This document shows, piece after piece, positions 28,822 to 38,776 of a stretch of 64,000 bases of DNA. The notes below the pieces were generated by a model. It was not told the DNA's origin and searched no databases. It was given only the letters and a program-made list of their open reading frames with translations. The translations under genes and the position numbers were made by a program. Source of the DNA: Cryomorphaceae bacterium (GTDB lineage: Bacteria; Bacteroidota; Bacteroidia; Flavobacteriales; Schleiferiaceae); contig WTIZ01000041.1 in assembly GCA_011525035.1 (NCBI GenBank), positions 111,998-175,997 on the forward strand, given 5' to 3'. Positions within the stretch are counted from its first letter, which is position 1; every line of letters begins with the position of its first letter.

Positions 28822-31407
28822 ATGCGCGAAATTGGAAAATACACCCCGGGAGAAATTGAATCTAAGTGGTACAGCCACTGGCTAGACAACAAATACTTTC
28901 ATGCCGAAGTATCTGATAAAGAGCCGTATACAATCGTAATCCCGCCGCCAAATGTCACAGGTGTACTTCACATGGGACACATGCTTAACAATACCGTTCA
29001 GGATGTTCTAATTCGTCGTGCTCGCATGCTTGGTTTGAACGCATGTTGGGTACCGGGTACCGACCACGCGTCTATTGCAACGGAAGCCAAGGTGGTTAAA
29101 CGCCTGCGCGAACAGGGCATTAAAAAGTCAGATTTGTCGCGCGAGGATTTCTTGAAACACGCCTGGGATTGGACCGACGAATACGGCGGTATCATCCTAA
29201 AGCAGTTGCGCCGCCTAGGAGCTTCATGCGATTGGGACCGCACGGCATTTACTTTGGACGAAGTGCGCAGCGAGCAAGTGATCGATGTATTTATCGACTT
29301 GCACCAGAAGGGCATGATTTACCGCGGATTGCGCATGGTGAACTGGGATCCAGTAGCATTAACAGCAGTGTCGGACGAGGAAGTCATCCACAAGGAGGAG
29401 AACAGCCGTCTGTACTACATGACCTACAAGATCGAAGGATCAGATGAGGCGCTGCAAGTGGCTACGACGCGTCCTGAAACCATTTTTGGTGATACAGCGG
29501 TTTGTGTGAATCCTGAAGATGAGCGCTACCAGCATTTGAAAGGCAAGAAGGCCATCGTTCCTTTAGTAGGGCGTGCGGTACCGATTATTTTCGACGAGTA
29601 CGTGGATATCGAATTTGGTACGGGAGCGCTAAAGGTGACCCCGGCACACGATACAAATGACCAAATGTTGGGCGAGAAGCACAACTTAGAAGTCATCGAT
29701 GTATTCGATCAACACGCAGCACTGAACGAGCACGGCGGTGAATTTGCCGGATTGGATCGATTTGATGCGCGTAAAAAAGTAGCCAAAGCCCTAGAAGAGG
29801 CAGGCCTATTGGTTGAGACCAAGGACCTCAGAAATAAAGTCGGACGCAGCGAGCGTACCGATGCAGTGATTGAGCCGCGCTTGAGTATGCAGTGGTTCTT
29901 GAAAATGTCGGATTTGGCTAAGCCGGCCATTGACGGTGTAAAATCAAAGGACATTACGCTGCATCCGCCGCACGCTGAAAAGACCTACCTCTACTGGATG
30001 GAGAACATCAAGGATTGGTGTATTTCACGTCAGCTTTGGTGGGGACATCGCATTCCTGCTTGGTACGATGCAGAGGGCAATGTAGCCGTGTGTAAGACCA
30101 AAGAAGAAGCCGTTGCAGCCCTCGGCACTGATGCGGTACACCAAGACGAAGATGTCATGGATACGTGGTTCAGTTCTTGGCTATGGCCGTACAGCGTATT
30201 CTCTGGAAATCAGGAAGAGGAAGATTACTTCTACCCAACCAATACTCTGGTTACAGGACAGGATATCATTTTCTTCTGGGTAGCCCGTATGATTATGGCA
30301 GGGTACGAGTTCAAAGGAAAGCGCCCGTTCAAGGATGTGTACTTCACTGGTATGGTGCGTGATAAGAAGCGTCGTAAGATGTCGAAATCTCTGGGCAATA
30401 GCCCAGATCCGCTAGATCTTATCGATAAATACGGTGCCGACGGTGTCCGTGTAGGTATGCTCATGACTGCGCCTGCAGGAAACGATTTATTGTTTGATGA
30501 AGACCTCTGTTCTCAAGGTTCGTTCTTCGCCAATAAGGTGTGGAATGCCTTCCGTTTGGTAGGCATGTGGGAAGCTGGTTCCCAGGGCATGAGTGCTTCA
30601 GAATCACTATCGGTACAGTGGATGCGCAACCGCATTGGTGAAGCCCTTGTAGAGCTTGAAAGCAGCTTTGAAAAATACCGATTGTCGGAGGCATTGATGA
30701 CGACTTACAAGCTGGTTTGGGACGATTTCTGTTCGTGGTACCTAGAAATGGTGAAACCTGCGAAGGGCGAACAAATCTCAGCCGAAGCGTTGGATGCGAC
30801 CAAATCAATCTTCAACACCTTGTTGGAAATTATGCATCCGTTCATGCCGTTTATTACAGAAGAATTGTGGCAGAACCTCGCAGATCGTAAAGAAGGGGAG
30901 ACCATTAATTTCGCTACTTGGCCTACTCTCAAGGTAGAAGATCAGGCGATCTTAAAATCCTATGCGCACTTCGCTGAAGTCGTAAGTGGTGTTCGTACGG
31001 TACGCAATGAAAATGGAATTGCTCCGAAAGAGGTGTTGACCATCGAGATTGCCGAGGGTACGGCGCACGATGCAGCCTTCGACGCGCTCATCATGAAGCT
31101 TGCCAATGTTGAGGCTATTGTTGAGGTTAAAGAGGTGAAGAAATCCGCCTTTAGCTTTGTGGTTGGTGGAATCAATTACACTATCCCGGCAGATGCCTTT
31201 GTTAACGTCGAAGACGAGATTGCCAAGCTAGAAGAGGAATTGGCCTATACCCAAGGTTTCTTGAAAAGCGTCGAGAAAAAACTCAGTAATGAGCGCTTCG
31301 TTTCTAACGCGCCTGAGGCTGTTGTTGCCTCGGAACGTAAAAAGCAAGCGGATGCCGAAGGTAAAATAGCCTTGATTACGCAACGCTTAGAGGCCTTAAA
31401 AGGATAA
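28822..31407 (+). CDS. valS: Valine--tRNA ligase
   Basis: [13 protein letters not shown] (HIGH), KMSKSLGN (KMSKS) and a C-terminal coiled coil. I place the start at the ATG at 28822 (MREIGKYTP...) rather than the track start at 28762. Confidence 0.97.
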   Translation: MREIGKYTPGEIESKWYSHWLDNKYFHAEVSDKEPYTIVIPPPNVTGVLHMGHMLNNTVQDVLIRRARMLGLNACWVPGTDHASIATEAKVVKRLREQGIKKSDLSREDFLKHAWDWTDEYGGIILKQLRRLGASCDWDRTAFTLDEVRSEQVIDVFIDLHQKGMIYRGLRMVNWDPVALTAVSDEEVIHKEENSRLYYMTYKIEGSDEALQVATTRPETIFGDTAVCVNPEDERYQHLKGKKAIVPLVGRAVPIIFDEYVDIEFGTGALKVTPAHDTNDQMLGEKHNLEVIDVFDQHAALNEHGGEFAGLDRFDARKKVAKALEEAGLLVETKDLRNKVGRSERTDAVIEPRLSMQWFLKMSDLAKPAIDGVKSKDITLHPPHAEKTYLYWMENIKDWCISRQLWWGHRIPAWYDAEGNVAVCKTKEEAVAALGTDAVHQDEDVMDTWFSSWLWPYSVFSGNQEEEDYFYPTNTLVTGQDIIFFWVARMIMAGYEFKGKRPFKDVYFTGMVRDKKRRKMSKSLGNSPDPLDLIDKYGADGVRVGMLMTAPAGNDLLFDEDLCSQGSFFANKVWNAFRLVGMWEAGSQGMSASESLSVQWMRNRIGEALVELESSFEKYRLSEALMTTYKLVWDDFCSWYLEMVKPAKGEQISAEALDATKSIFNTLLEIMHPFMPFITEELWQNLADRKEGETINFATWPTLKVEDQAILKSYAHFAEVVSGVRTVRNENGIAPKEVLTIEIAEGTAHDAAFDALIMKLANVEAIVEVKEVKKSAFSFVVGGINYTIPADAFVNVEDEIAKLEEELAYTQGFLKSVEKKLSNERFVSNAPEAVVASERKKQADAEGKIALITQRLEALKG

Positions 31408-31409
31408 CC

Positions 31410-31970
31410 ATGAGCCAAGACCTAAACGCCGGAATTCATAGCCACATTGCAGGACTCGAGAAGAAAACGGGCCAGCCCATTTCGTACTGGGTGGATATGG
31501 TTCGCTCTTGGAACGAGCCGAAGCACATGGCCAATGTCAAGCGCTTGAAAGAGGAATTCGGTATTGGTCACGGACATGCGAATATGGTGGTTCACCTGAC
31601 CAAGGAGAATACCTCCTTGCACATGGACGAAAGCCAAGTTGAGGATAGCGTTTTTAAGGGTAAAGAGCATTGGAAACCGTTATTCCAGCGCATCGTTGAG
31701 GGCTTAGAAGCCACCGGTTTGGAATTTGAGCTCAGCGGTAAAAAGAAATATTACAGCATTCGGACCTCAAAACAAGTAGGGTGTTTAGTGCCGGCCACCA
31801 AAGGCAGGTTTGAAGTTTGGATAAATGTCAAAGGGCAGGAGCCAATAGGAAATCTGCAACACATGAAAGCGGGGAGTATGTGTTCGCATGCTATCCATCT
31901 CACTGAGGAGGATGCGGATATTTCAGAAGTGCTTCTCTGGCTTGAAAGGGCAATTCAAAGGACTTTATAA
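31410..31970 (+). CDS. DUF4287 / DUF5655 two-domain protein
   Basis: 186 aa, 2 nt after the valS stop. The N-terminus (IAGLEKKTGQPISYW...EFGIGHGHANMVVH) fits DUF4287, and the C-terminal half fits the DUF5655 pattern as I recall it. Confidence 0.7.
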   Translation: MSQDLNAGIHSHIAGLEKKTGQPISYWVDMVRSWNEPKHMANVKRLKEEFGIGHGHANMVVHLTKENTSLHMDESQVEDSVFKGKEHWKPLFQRIVEGLEATGLEFELSGKKKYYSIRTSKQVGCLVPATKGRFEVWINVKGQEPIGNLQHMKAGSMCSHAIHLTEEDADISEVLLWLERAIQRTL

Positions 31971-31973
31971 CAT

Positions 31974-32003
31974 AAAAGCCCGGCGCGCAGCGCCGGGCTT
32001 TTT
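31974..32003. terminator. Bidirectional intrinsic terminator
   Basis: A-run 31974-31977, stem GCCCGGCG (31978-31985) / CGCCGGGC (31991-31998), T-run 31999-32003. It lies between convergent genes. Confidence 0.8.
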
Positions 32004-32089
32004 GATTGCAGGGGTACAACTACCTGCATGAATGGGCCCTCGAATAAATAACCACAAACACTCACATCAAAACGAGCCCATTCTCCATA

Positions 32090-32464
32090 CTATTTTGCCT
32101 CAATGGCTAGCGTATACACCGCTTTACATACTCTTCTTGCAGGCTCTCCTTTAGCGCGTTTACTTACATAAACTTTCAGATCCACCTGTTTTTTTCCATT
32201 TGGAGCGAAGTTGCTCTCTACGAGTAAATCTTCACCTAACTGTGCATTGCTGTAGAGCTTTAAATCAATGTTCTTCACCTTATCGCGGTAACGATCATCA
32301 AGCATTAATGATTTGAGACGTTCGCTTTTGATTTCGTTCATGGTATCCATAAGATTCCAAACGGTAAGCATTCCTTGAGTATCAACCATGTTGCCATTGA
32401 TGCTCAATTGCTTTCTCGTTTTTAACGGACCTGCTTTTCTTACGGTGGTGAAGAAATTTTTCAT
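32090..32464 (-). CDS. Orphan hypothetical protein (~124 aa, no signal peptide)
   Basis: Open frame with ordinary amino-acid composition. The ORF-track start at 32473 is a TTG; the first ATG is at 32464 (MKNFFTTVRKAG...). I recognise no family or motif. Confidence 0.5.
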   Translation of the reverse strand: MKNFFTTVRKAGPLKTRKQLSINGNMVDTQGMLTVWNLMDTMNEIKSERLKSLMLDDRYRDKVKNIDLKLYSNAQLGEDLLVESNFAPNGKKQVDLKVYVSKRAKGEPARRVCKAVYTLAIEAK

Positions 32465-32484
32465 TTCGTTCAAATTGTAGACAT

Positions 32485-32517
32485 AAAAAAAGCGCCCTCA
32501 CATGGTGAAGGCGCTTT
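32485..32517 (-). terminator. Strong intrinsic terminator ~20 nt upstream of the orphan ORF start (terminator of the upstream gene and/or attenuator)
   Basis: Minus strand reads AGCGCCUUCAC-CAU-GUGAGGGCGCU, an 11-bp stem with one G.U pair, followed by UUUUUUU (plus-strand A-run 32485-32491). Confidence 0.75.
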
Positions 32518-32700
32518 CTATATCCTGGGTTGTATAATTTAAATCTCTATGCCTTCACAATATGGTATACACAACCCTTCCACACATAAATGCGGTTATT
32601 AAAGGTTGCTGTATGAATAAATTGCTGTTGCATAATGCTAATGTAGTATTTCTATTGGTAACGCAAAAGCGGTGCCAAATATTTTACAAGTCTTGTTTCA
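32518..32700 (-). promoter_or_regulatory. Candidate leader/attenuator region with near-consensus -7 box, 28-codon mini-ORF and antiterminator segment
   Basis: On the minus strand: AATATTTG (32676-32683, 7/8 match to TAnnTTTG). Mini-ORF ATG 32633 to TAG 32547 (MQQQFIHTATFNNRIYVWKGCVYHIVKA). GUGAAGGC (32551-32558) is perfectly complementary to GCCUUCAC in the terminator 5' arm. Confidence 0.25.
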
Positions 32701-32705
32701 AGTGT

Positions 32706-34544
32706 TTAATTTTTCCTTGATTGGGACCAGATCTGCCACATTTTACCTGGCTTTTGACCTTGAAGTTTACGGTGCAAACTTTGTGAAGCAGGCCTTGGAT
32801 TACTCATTGCAGCAAATGCTTGAAGGGTCTGTGTAGCTTCTCTTCCAAGACCGTTGAGATTCTGGGGTGTATACTTTTTGTCCAATTTTTTCAACGCATT
32901 CATAGAAGCATAAACATCACCTCGAACGCGTTCAACCTCTGCAAGGCGTAGCGCTGCACTAGTATTTCTTGGACTCATCGATAGTACCTGATTGTACAAT
33001 CGGCTTGCCTCTGCATAATTCCCTTCAATCCTACGAATCTGGGCCAATTGGTTCAAACTTAAAATATGATTAGGATGAATTTCAAGCGCTTGCTCAAAAG
33101 CTGCTGCACTCTTTTTAAGTATTCCTGCATTCGGCTTCTGACCGCCAGAGATTAAGATTCCAAGCCCTTCGAAATACGGCATTGGATTGTTGTAAATATC
33201 CATTTCGAAGAAAGTACCAGTGGCAGCAACACTGTTTTGTACCATAGCACGAGTGTTTCGCTTCATGTATCCGTCTAAAGCCTGCGCTGCCTCTTTTTCT
33301 CCGCCTACTCTTGCTACACTCACTGCAACCGTAAAGACCAGAGCTACGGCGGATAACCCCATGGATAGTGGCTTTCCTGCTTCGTAAACGGATTTGCTTC
33401 GGCTGGCCAAATAGCCCATAGCCACTGCAAATGGAACAAGTAGCGTCGTCCTTTCAAGCGGAAATTCACCGAAGCCGTATGCACCGAATGCAACTATGGT
33501 TAAGCCAAAGAGTAACTGTTCCTTCGTCTTCAATAAGTGGAGTAGTGCCAAAAGCATCATACCTATAAAAAATAGGGCTCCAATACCTGTCTCACTCAAC
33601 AGCCAAAGAATATCATTGTGCGGTCTTAGAATGGATGTGGTGCCATTCATAACACTTTCATTGGTCCCCTTAAGTCCTGTTGCAGGGTATTCAATTTTCC
33701 ATTGACCGCCGCCCACTCCAGAGATAGGGTTGTCTAAGAACATTTCCTTTGAAGCCTTCCAATAGTGCATCCTGCTCTGGATAGTGCTACTGTCGAACAC
33801 CTTTTCAGCCCCACCAAAAACAATTGCGATGCCCACACCTACCACAAGTACTGCAAGAGCAATCAAACTTTGGTTTCGGTAAGTACTGTCTTTCTGTGCG
33901 GCATAAACGCCTGCTGCTACTAATGCCATTAAGGCTGCTGCAAGCCACACACCGCGGGTTCTCAAAAAGAGTATTTCAAACAATGCTAATCCAACGGCGA
34001 TTCTTTGCAGCCAAGTTCCTAATGTTTCAGGAAGACGCACCGCAAGAGCGGCAGGGATCAGCATCAATAATGTAGCCGCTGCGTAGTTTTTATGCGCAAA
34101 GAGCTTACCGCTGGCTAAATAGATATCACCTTCTTTATACGCTTCACCTAGGGAAGGCAGAATACTTAAGGCGGCGATTAAAAGCGCGAATTGGGCACCG
34201 ATACCAAAGGCTTTTAATGTGCCTTTTTCATCGTTACGAAATGCCTCTGCCGAAATGACCATTGTCCCAAAGAGCAAGGACATCCGTGCGATGTGGCCGT
34301 AAAGTTCACTCGGCGCATTAACACTTCCAAGTTTTACCAAAGGCCAAGCGACTAATCCAAAAGCCAGAATTTCAAGCATGCTTAGGCGGCTTTTCAAGTT
34401 TTTGATTCCCATACCTAAAGCGATAATTGCAATGAATCCTGCCACGGCCATTCGTTGCCATAAACCAATGTCTTGGAGGTCGTTACTTATAGCGATTAGA
34501 ACTACCGCGGGTAAATAGAAAAAAGGAGACTGAAAGACCTTCAT
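32706..34544 (-). CDS. O-antigen ligase (Wzy_C) family membrane protein with C-terminal TPR repeats
   Basis: 612 aa. About 10-12 hydrophobic spans, a large loop carrying the SRMHYWKAS...GVGGGQW region and [13 protein letters not shown], then a soluble TPR-like tail (ALEIHPNH...[17 protein letters not shown]). Confidence 0.8.
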   Translation of the reverse strand: MKVFQSPFFYLPAVVLIAISNDLQDIGLWQRMAVAGFIAIIALGMGIKNLKSRLSMLEILAFGLVAWPLVKLGSVNAPSELYGHIARMSLLFGTMVISAEAFRNDEKGTLKAFGIGAQFALLIAALSILPSLGEAYKEGDIYLASGKLFAHKNYAAATLLMLIPAALAVRLPETLGTWLQRIAVGLALFEILFLRTRGVWLAAALMALVAAGVYAAQKDSTYRNQSLIALAVLVVGVGIAIVFGGAEKVFDSSTIQSRMHYWKASKEMFLDNPISGVGGGQWKIEYPATGLKGTNESVMNGTTSILRPHNDILWLLSETGIGALFFIGMMLLALLHLLKTKEQLLFGLTIVAFGAYGFGEFPLERTTLLVPFAVAMGYLASRSKSVYEAGKPLSMGLSAVALVFTVAVSVARVGGEKEAAQALDGYMKRNTRAMVQNSVAATGTFFEMDIYNNPMPYFEGLGILISGGQKPNAGILKKSAAAFEQALEIHPNHILSLNQLAQIRRIEGNYAEASRLYNQVLSMSPRNTSAALRLAEVERVRGDVYASMNALKKLDKKYTPQNLNGLGREATQTLQAFAAMSNPRPASQSLHRKLQGQKPGKMWQIWSQSRKN

Positions 34545-34628
34545 GTTTTTTGGGTTTGCCGTGAAGATAGCAAAAGAATCATTGGCACTTCTGATGTATC
34601 TTTAAGGACCCAAATACATCACAGAACC

Positions 34629-37600
34629 ATGGATACCCCAGCTCCATACGTACCAAAAAACAAGGTACGCATCGTCACTGCGGCTTCGCTTTTTGACGGT
34701 CATGATGCAGCCATTAATATTATGCGACGCATCATTCAAAGTACCGGATGTGAGGTTATACACCTCGGTCACGACCGTTCCGTTGAGGAGGTAGTGAATA
34801 CGGCCATCCAAGAAGATGCCAATGCCATTGCCATGACCTCTTACCAAGGCGGGCACATTGAGTACTTCAAATACATGTACGATCTCTTGCAAGAAAAAGG
34901 CGCCGGCCACATCAAGATTTTTGGTGGTGGAGGCGGTACCATCTTGCCGGAAGAAATTGAAGAACTCCACGCTTACGGCATTACTCGTCTGTATCATCCT
35001 GATGACGGCCGAAAGATGGGCTTACAAGGAATGATCAATGACCTCGTTGAGAAATCTGATTTTTTGGTTGGCGAAGAGGTCCCAGGCAAAATAGATGCTC
35101 TTGCCGAAGCAGACCATGCAACCATCGCACGATGGATTAGTGCTGCTGAGAATTGTGGTGAACAACACGCAAAGGAAATAGAACTGATTACTGCCAAGGC
35201 AGAGACTATTAAAACGCCTATTCTCGGTATCACCGGTACGGGCGGAGCAGGAAAGAGCTCAATGGTCGACGAGCTGGTTCGTCGCTTTACTATGGATTTC
35301 AATGATAAGCGAATTGCGGTAGTATCGGTAGATCCTTCGAAAAGAAAGACCGGCGGTGCCTTATTAGGGGACCGCATTCGTATGAACGCCATCAAACACG
35401 GTAATGTGTTTATGCGTTCCTTGGCCACCCGCCAGGCAAATTTAGCCCTCAGTGCCCATGTGCAGAATGCGTTGGATATTTTGAAAGTGGCCGGGTTCGA
35501 CCTCATTATTCTTGAAACCTCGGGCATCGGGCAGAGCGATACTGAAATTCTAGACCACAGCGATGCTAGCTTGTATGTGATGACGCCGGAATACGGCGCC
35601 GCGACGCAGCTGGAGAAGATCGACATGTTGGATTTTGCCGACCTCATTGCCTTGAATAAATTCGACAAACGCGGCGCCTTGGATGCCCTGCGTGATGTCA
35701 AAAAGCAATACCAGCGTAACCATAACCTTTGGGAGGCAGATCCCGAAAGTATGCCGGTCTATGGCACCATTGCGAGTCAGTTCAATGACCCGGGTACAAA
35801 TTCATTGTACAAGGCCATCATTGAAATGCTTAATTCCAAAGCAAATGCCGGGTTTGAGAGCAGCTATGCCATTTCGGGTGAGATGAGCGAGAAGATATTC
35901 ATCATCCCTCCGAAACGCACGCGTTACCTCAGTGAGATCTCTGAAAGTCACCGTATTCACCGCGAGCAAATAAGCGCGCAGATTGAGGTGGCAGATAAAC
36001 TATATGCCTTGCACCGCTCCATTCAGACCTTGGAGGATCAGGAGCTCAAAGTCCAACTGCAAGCGAGCTTTGACCGAATTAAGATGGACCTAGATCCGCA
36101 TCATTGGGAAAAGCTTCAGCAGTGGGAACAAACGGTCAAGCGCTACAAGGATCCGGTGTATACTTTCCAAGTTCGCGGCAAGGACATCAACATCAAAACC
36201 CACACGGAGAGTTTATCTCATACACAGATTCCAAAAGTGGCATTGCCTAAATACCGAAGCTGGGGAGATATTCTTCGTTGGTTGTTGCTAGAAAATGTAC
36301 CGGGTGAATACCCATATACTGCGGGTATCTATCCGTTCAAGCGTGAAGGCGAGGACCCGACGCGAATGTTTGCAGGGGAAGGCGGCCCAGAACGCACGAA
36401 CAAACGTTTCCATTACGTGAGCCTAGGTATGCCGGCCAAACGACTTTCGACGGCCTTTGATAGTGTTACGCTCTATGGTAATGATCCGGATCGACGCCCA
36501 GATATCTATGGGAAGATTGGGAATTCTGGGGTAAGCATTTGTTGTCTAGACGATGCGAAGAAGCTGTACAGCGGTTTCCGACTCACTGATGCAACAACTT
36601 CGGTTTCGATGACCATCAACGGTCCGGCACCAATGCTCTTGGCCTACTTCATGAATGCTGCTGTGGATCAGGAATGTGAGATCTACATCAAAGAGCATGG
36701 TTTGGAGTCTAAGGTAGAAGCGGTAAAGAAAGCTCAATACGACGACCGCGGTATTGCCCGCCCAGCGTATCAAGGAGAGCTGCCCGAAGGCAATGATGGC
36801 CTAGGATTGCTATTGCTAGGAGTTACCGGTGATGAGGTTCTTGACGCCAAAACCTATGGAGAGATCAAGGCCAGAACGTTGAATACTGTACGCGGTACCG
36901 TGCAAGCGGATATTCTCAAGGAAGACCAGGCACAAAACACGTGTATTTTCTCGACTGAGTTTGCCCTGCGTTTGATGGGCGATGTACAGAGTTATTTCAT
37001 CGATTGGCAGGTGCGCAACTTCTACAGCGTAAGTATCTCAGGATACCATATTGCGGAGGCAGGAGCGAACCCGATCACCCAGTTGGCGTTCACGTTGGCC
37101 AACGGTTTTACCTACGTTGAGTACTATTTGAGCCGCGGTATGGACATCAATAAGTTTGCGCCGAACTTGAGTTTCTTCTTCTCGAATGGAATTGATCCAG
37201 AATATGCGGTCATAGGTCGAGTGGCACGTCGTATTTGGGCCAATGCTATGAAGAACAAGTATGGGGCCGATGCGCGTTCCCAAATGTTGAAGTACCACAT
37301 TCAGACTTCGGGCCGCAGTTTGCACGCTCAAGAGATTGATTTCAACGATATCCGTACGACACTTCAGGCGTTGTATGCCATTTACGATAACTGTAATTCG
37401 CTGCACACGAATGCCTACGACGAGGCGATCACTACGCCGACAGAGGAGAGTGTGCGCCGTGCGATGGCCATCCAGTTGATCATCAACAAGGAATTGGGCT
37501 TGGCGAAAAATGAGAATCCTATTCAGGGTGCCTTCATTATTGAGGAATTGACGGATTTGGTCGAGGAGGCCGTTTTGCAGGAGTTTGACCGCATTACAGA

Positions 37601-37991
37601 ACGCGGCGGCGTCCTAGGTGCCATGGAGACCATGTACCAGCGTGGAAAGATCCAAGAGGAGAGCTTGCACTACGAGATGTTGAAGCATACCGGGGAGTTC
37701 CCAATCATTGGAGTCAATACCTTCTTGAACAAAAAGGGTTCCCCAACCATTGTTCCTGCGGAGGTTATTCGCGCTACAGTAGAGGAAAAGGAATACCAAA
37801 TTGGAATGCTTCAAGCTTTGCACGAAGGCAAAGCAGAATTGGCCCAAGAAAGTATTTCAAGAATTCAAGATGCTGCCGTAAATAATGCCAATATATTTGA
37901 CGAATTAATGGAAGCGTCCAAGCATTGTTCGTTGGGCGAGATTACTAATGCGCTGTTTGAAGTAGGTGGACAGTATAGACGAAATATGTAA
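34629..37991 (+). CDS. icmF: Fused isobutyryl-CoA mutase (B12-binding domain + MeaB-like GTPase + mutase barrel)
   Basis: 1120 aa. N-terminal B12 domain ([11 protein letters not shown]), P-loop [12 protein letters not shown] plus NKFD, and a C-terminal methylmalonyl-CoA-mutase-like catalytic domain. This is the domain order characteristic of IcmF. Confidence 0.9.
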   Translation: MDTPAPYVPKNKVRIVTAASLFDGHDAAINIMRRIIQSTGCEVIHLGHDRSVEEVVNTAIQEDANAIAMTSYQGGHIEYFKYMYDLLQEKGAGHIKIFGGGGGTILPEEIEELHAYGITRLYHPDDGRKMGLQGMINDLVEKSDFLVGEEVPGKIDALAEADHATIARWISAAENCGEQHAKEIELITAKAETIKTPILGITGTGGAGKSSMVDELVRRFTMDFNDKRIAVVSVDPSKRKTGGALLGDRIRMNAIKHGNVFMRSLATRQANLALSAHVQNALDILKVAGFDLIILETSGIGQSDTEILDHSDASLYVMTPEYGAATQLEKIDMLDFADLIALNKFDKRGALDALRDVKKQYQRNHNLWEADPESMPVYGTIASQFNDPGTNSLYKAIIEMLNSKANAGFESSYAISGEMSEKIFIIPPKRTRYLSEISESHRIHREQISAQIEVADKLYALHRSIQTLEDQELKVQLQASFDRIKMDLDPHHWEKLQQWEQTVKRYKDPVYTFQVRGKDINIKTHTESLSHTQIPKVALPKYRSWGDILRWLLLENVPGEYPYTAGIYPFKREGEDPTRMFAGEGGPERTNKRFHYVSLGMPAKRLSTAFDSVTLYGNDPDRRPDIYGKIGNSGVSICCLDDAKKLYSGFRLTDATTSVSMTINGPAPMLLAYFMNAAVDQECEIYIKEHGLESKVEAVKKAQYDDRGIARPAYQGELPEGNDGLGLLLLGVTGDEVLDAKTYGEIKARTLNTVRGTVQADILKEDQAQNTCIFSTEFALRLMGDVQSYFIDWQVRNFYSVSISGYHIAEAGANPITQLAFTLANGFTYVEYYLSRGMDINKFAPNLSFFFSNGIDPEYAVIGRVARRIWANAMKNKYGADARSQMLKYHIQTSGRSLHAQEIDFNDIRTTLQALYAIYDNCNSLHTNAYDEAITTPTEESVRRAMAIQLIINKELGLAKNENPIQGAFIIEELTDLVEEAVLQEFDRITERGGVLGAMETMYQRGKIQEESLHYEMLKHTGEFPIIGVNTFLNKKGSPTIVPAEVIRATVEEKEYQIGMLQALHEGKAELAQESISRIQDAAVNNANIFDELMEASKHCSLGEITNALFEVGGQYRRNM

Positions 37992-38756
37992 ATGAAATTA
38001 CTCTCTTTTAATGTGAATGGCGTTCGTGCCGCTGCAGGTAAAACTTTGATTGAAGACCTTCATCGTTTGGATTGCGATGTAGTCGGGTTGCAAGAAACGA
38101 AGGCCACGCCGGAGCAAGTAAAAGAGGCATTAGCAGACCTCCAAGGCTACCATATTTATGCGTTTAGCGCAGAGAAGAAAGGATACAGTGGAACAGCCAT
38201 TCTTTCCAAGACTGAGCCTCTTTCGGTGGTTATGGGAATTGGTATACCCGAACACGACAACGAAGGTCGAGCGATTACTGCGGAATATGAGGACTTTTAC
38301 TATGTAACCACTTACGTTCCCAACTCTAGTAGTGGACTAAAGCGTATCGATTACAGAACCAAAGAATGGGACGTTGCGTTTTTAGCCTATTTGAAGAAAT
38401 TAGAAGAGAAAAAACCGGTCGTGGTTTGTGGCGATTTGAATGTTGCGCATCAAGCGATAGACTTGAAGAATCCAAAATCGAATTACAACAAAACACCTGG
38501 CTATACACAAGCTGAGATTGACGGCATGACGACGATGATTGAAGCTGGTTTTGTAGATACTTTCAGAACGTTGTATCCAGATACGGTCAAATACAGTTGG
38601 TGGAGTTACCGCGGTGGTGCTCGTGCGAAAAATGTTGGCTGGCGATTGGACTACTTTATGGTCAGTTCAGGATTCATGGGCCGAGTACAGGATTCACAAA
38701 TCTTAAATGATGTAATGGGCAGCGATCATTGTCCCGTTATGTTGATTTTGGACTAG
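37992..38756 (+). CDS. xth: Exodeoxyribonuclease III
   Basis: 254 aa. FNVNG, LQETK, GDLNVAH and the terminal SDHCPV motif. The ATG immediately follows the icmF stop. Confidence 0.93.
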   Translation: MKLLSFNVNGVRAAAGKTLIEDLHRLDCDVVGLQETKATPEQVKEALADLQGYHIYAFSAEKKGYSGTAILSKTEPLSVVMGIGIPEHDNEGRAITAEYEDFYYVTTYVPNSSSGLKRIDYRTKEWDVAFLAYLKKLEEKKPVVVCGDLNVAHQAIDLKNPKSNYNKTPGYTQAEIDGMTTMIEAGFVDTFRTLYPDTVKYSWWSYRGGARAKNVGWRLDYFMVSSGFMGRVQDSQILNDVMGSDHCPVMLILD

Positions 38757-38776
38757 ACCTCCAGGTTAAGGTTATC

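Noticed and set aside
32550-32603. 17-codon plus-strand mini-ORF (MPSQYGIHNPSTHKCGY) in the long intergenic gap.
   Set aside because: It is on the strand opposite to both flanking genes, with no promoter-like or terminator context for plus-strand transcription. The minus-strand reading gives a coherent promoter, mini-ORF and terminator layout instead.
34545-34628. Cobalamin riboswitch upstream of the B12-dependent icmF.
   Set aside because: Only 84 bp separate the divergent start codons. That is too short for a ~200-nt cobalamin aptamer plus two promoters, and no B12-box-like sequence is seen.
34994-35701. 235-aa ORF antisense to icmF. Similar long antisense ORFs occur at 11814-12398 (in parE), 28074-28649 (across the aminotransferase/DUF1573 region), 18086-18571 (in LOG), 13631-14050 (in parC) and 48091-48607 (in the BNR protein).
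   Set aside because: Each lies entirely inside a confidently identified, motif-bearing gene on the other strand. Their translations are Ser/Arg/Pro/Cys-rich and low-complexity with no motifs, which is typical of stop-poor antisense frames. I see no independent start context or terminator.
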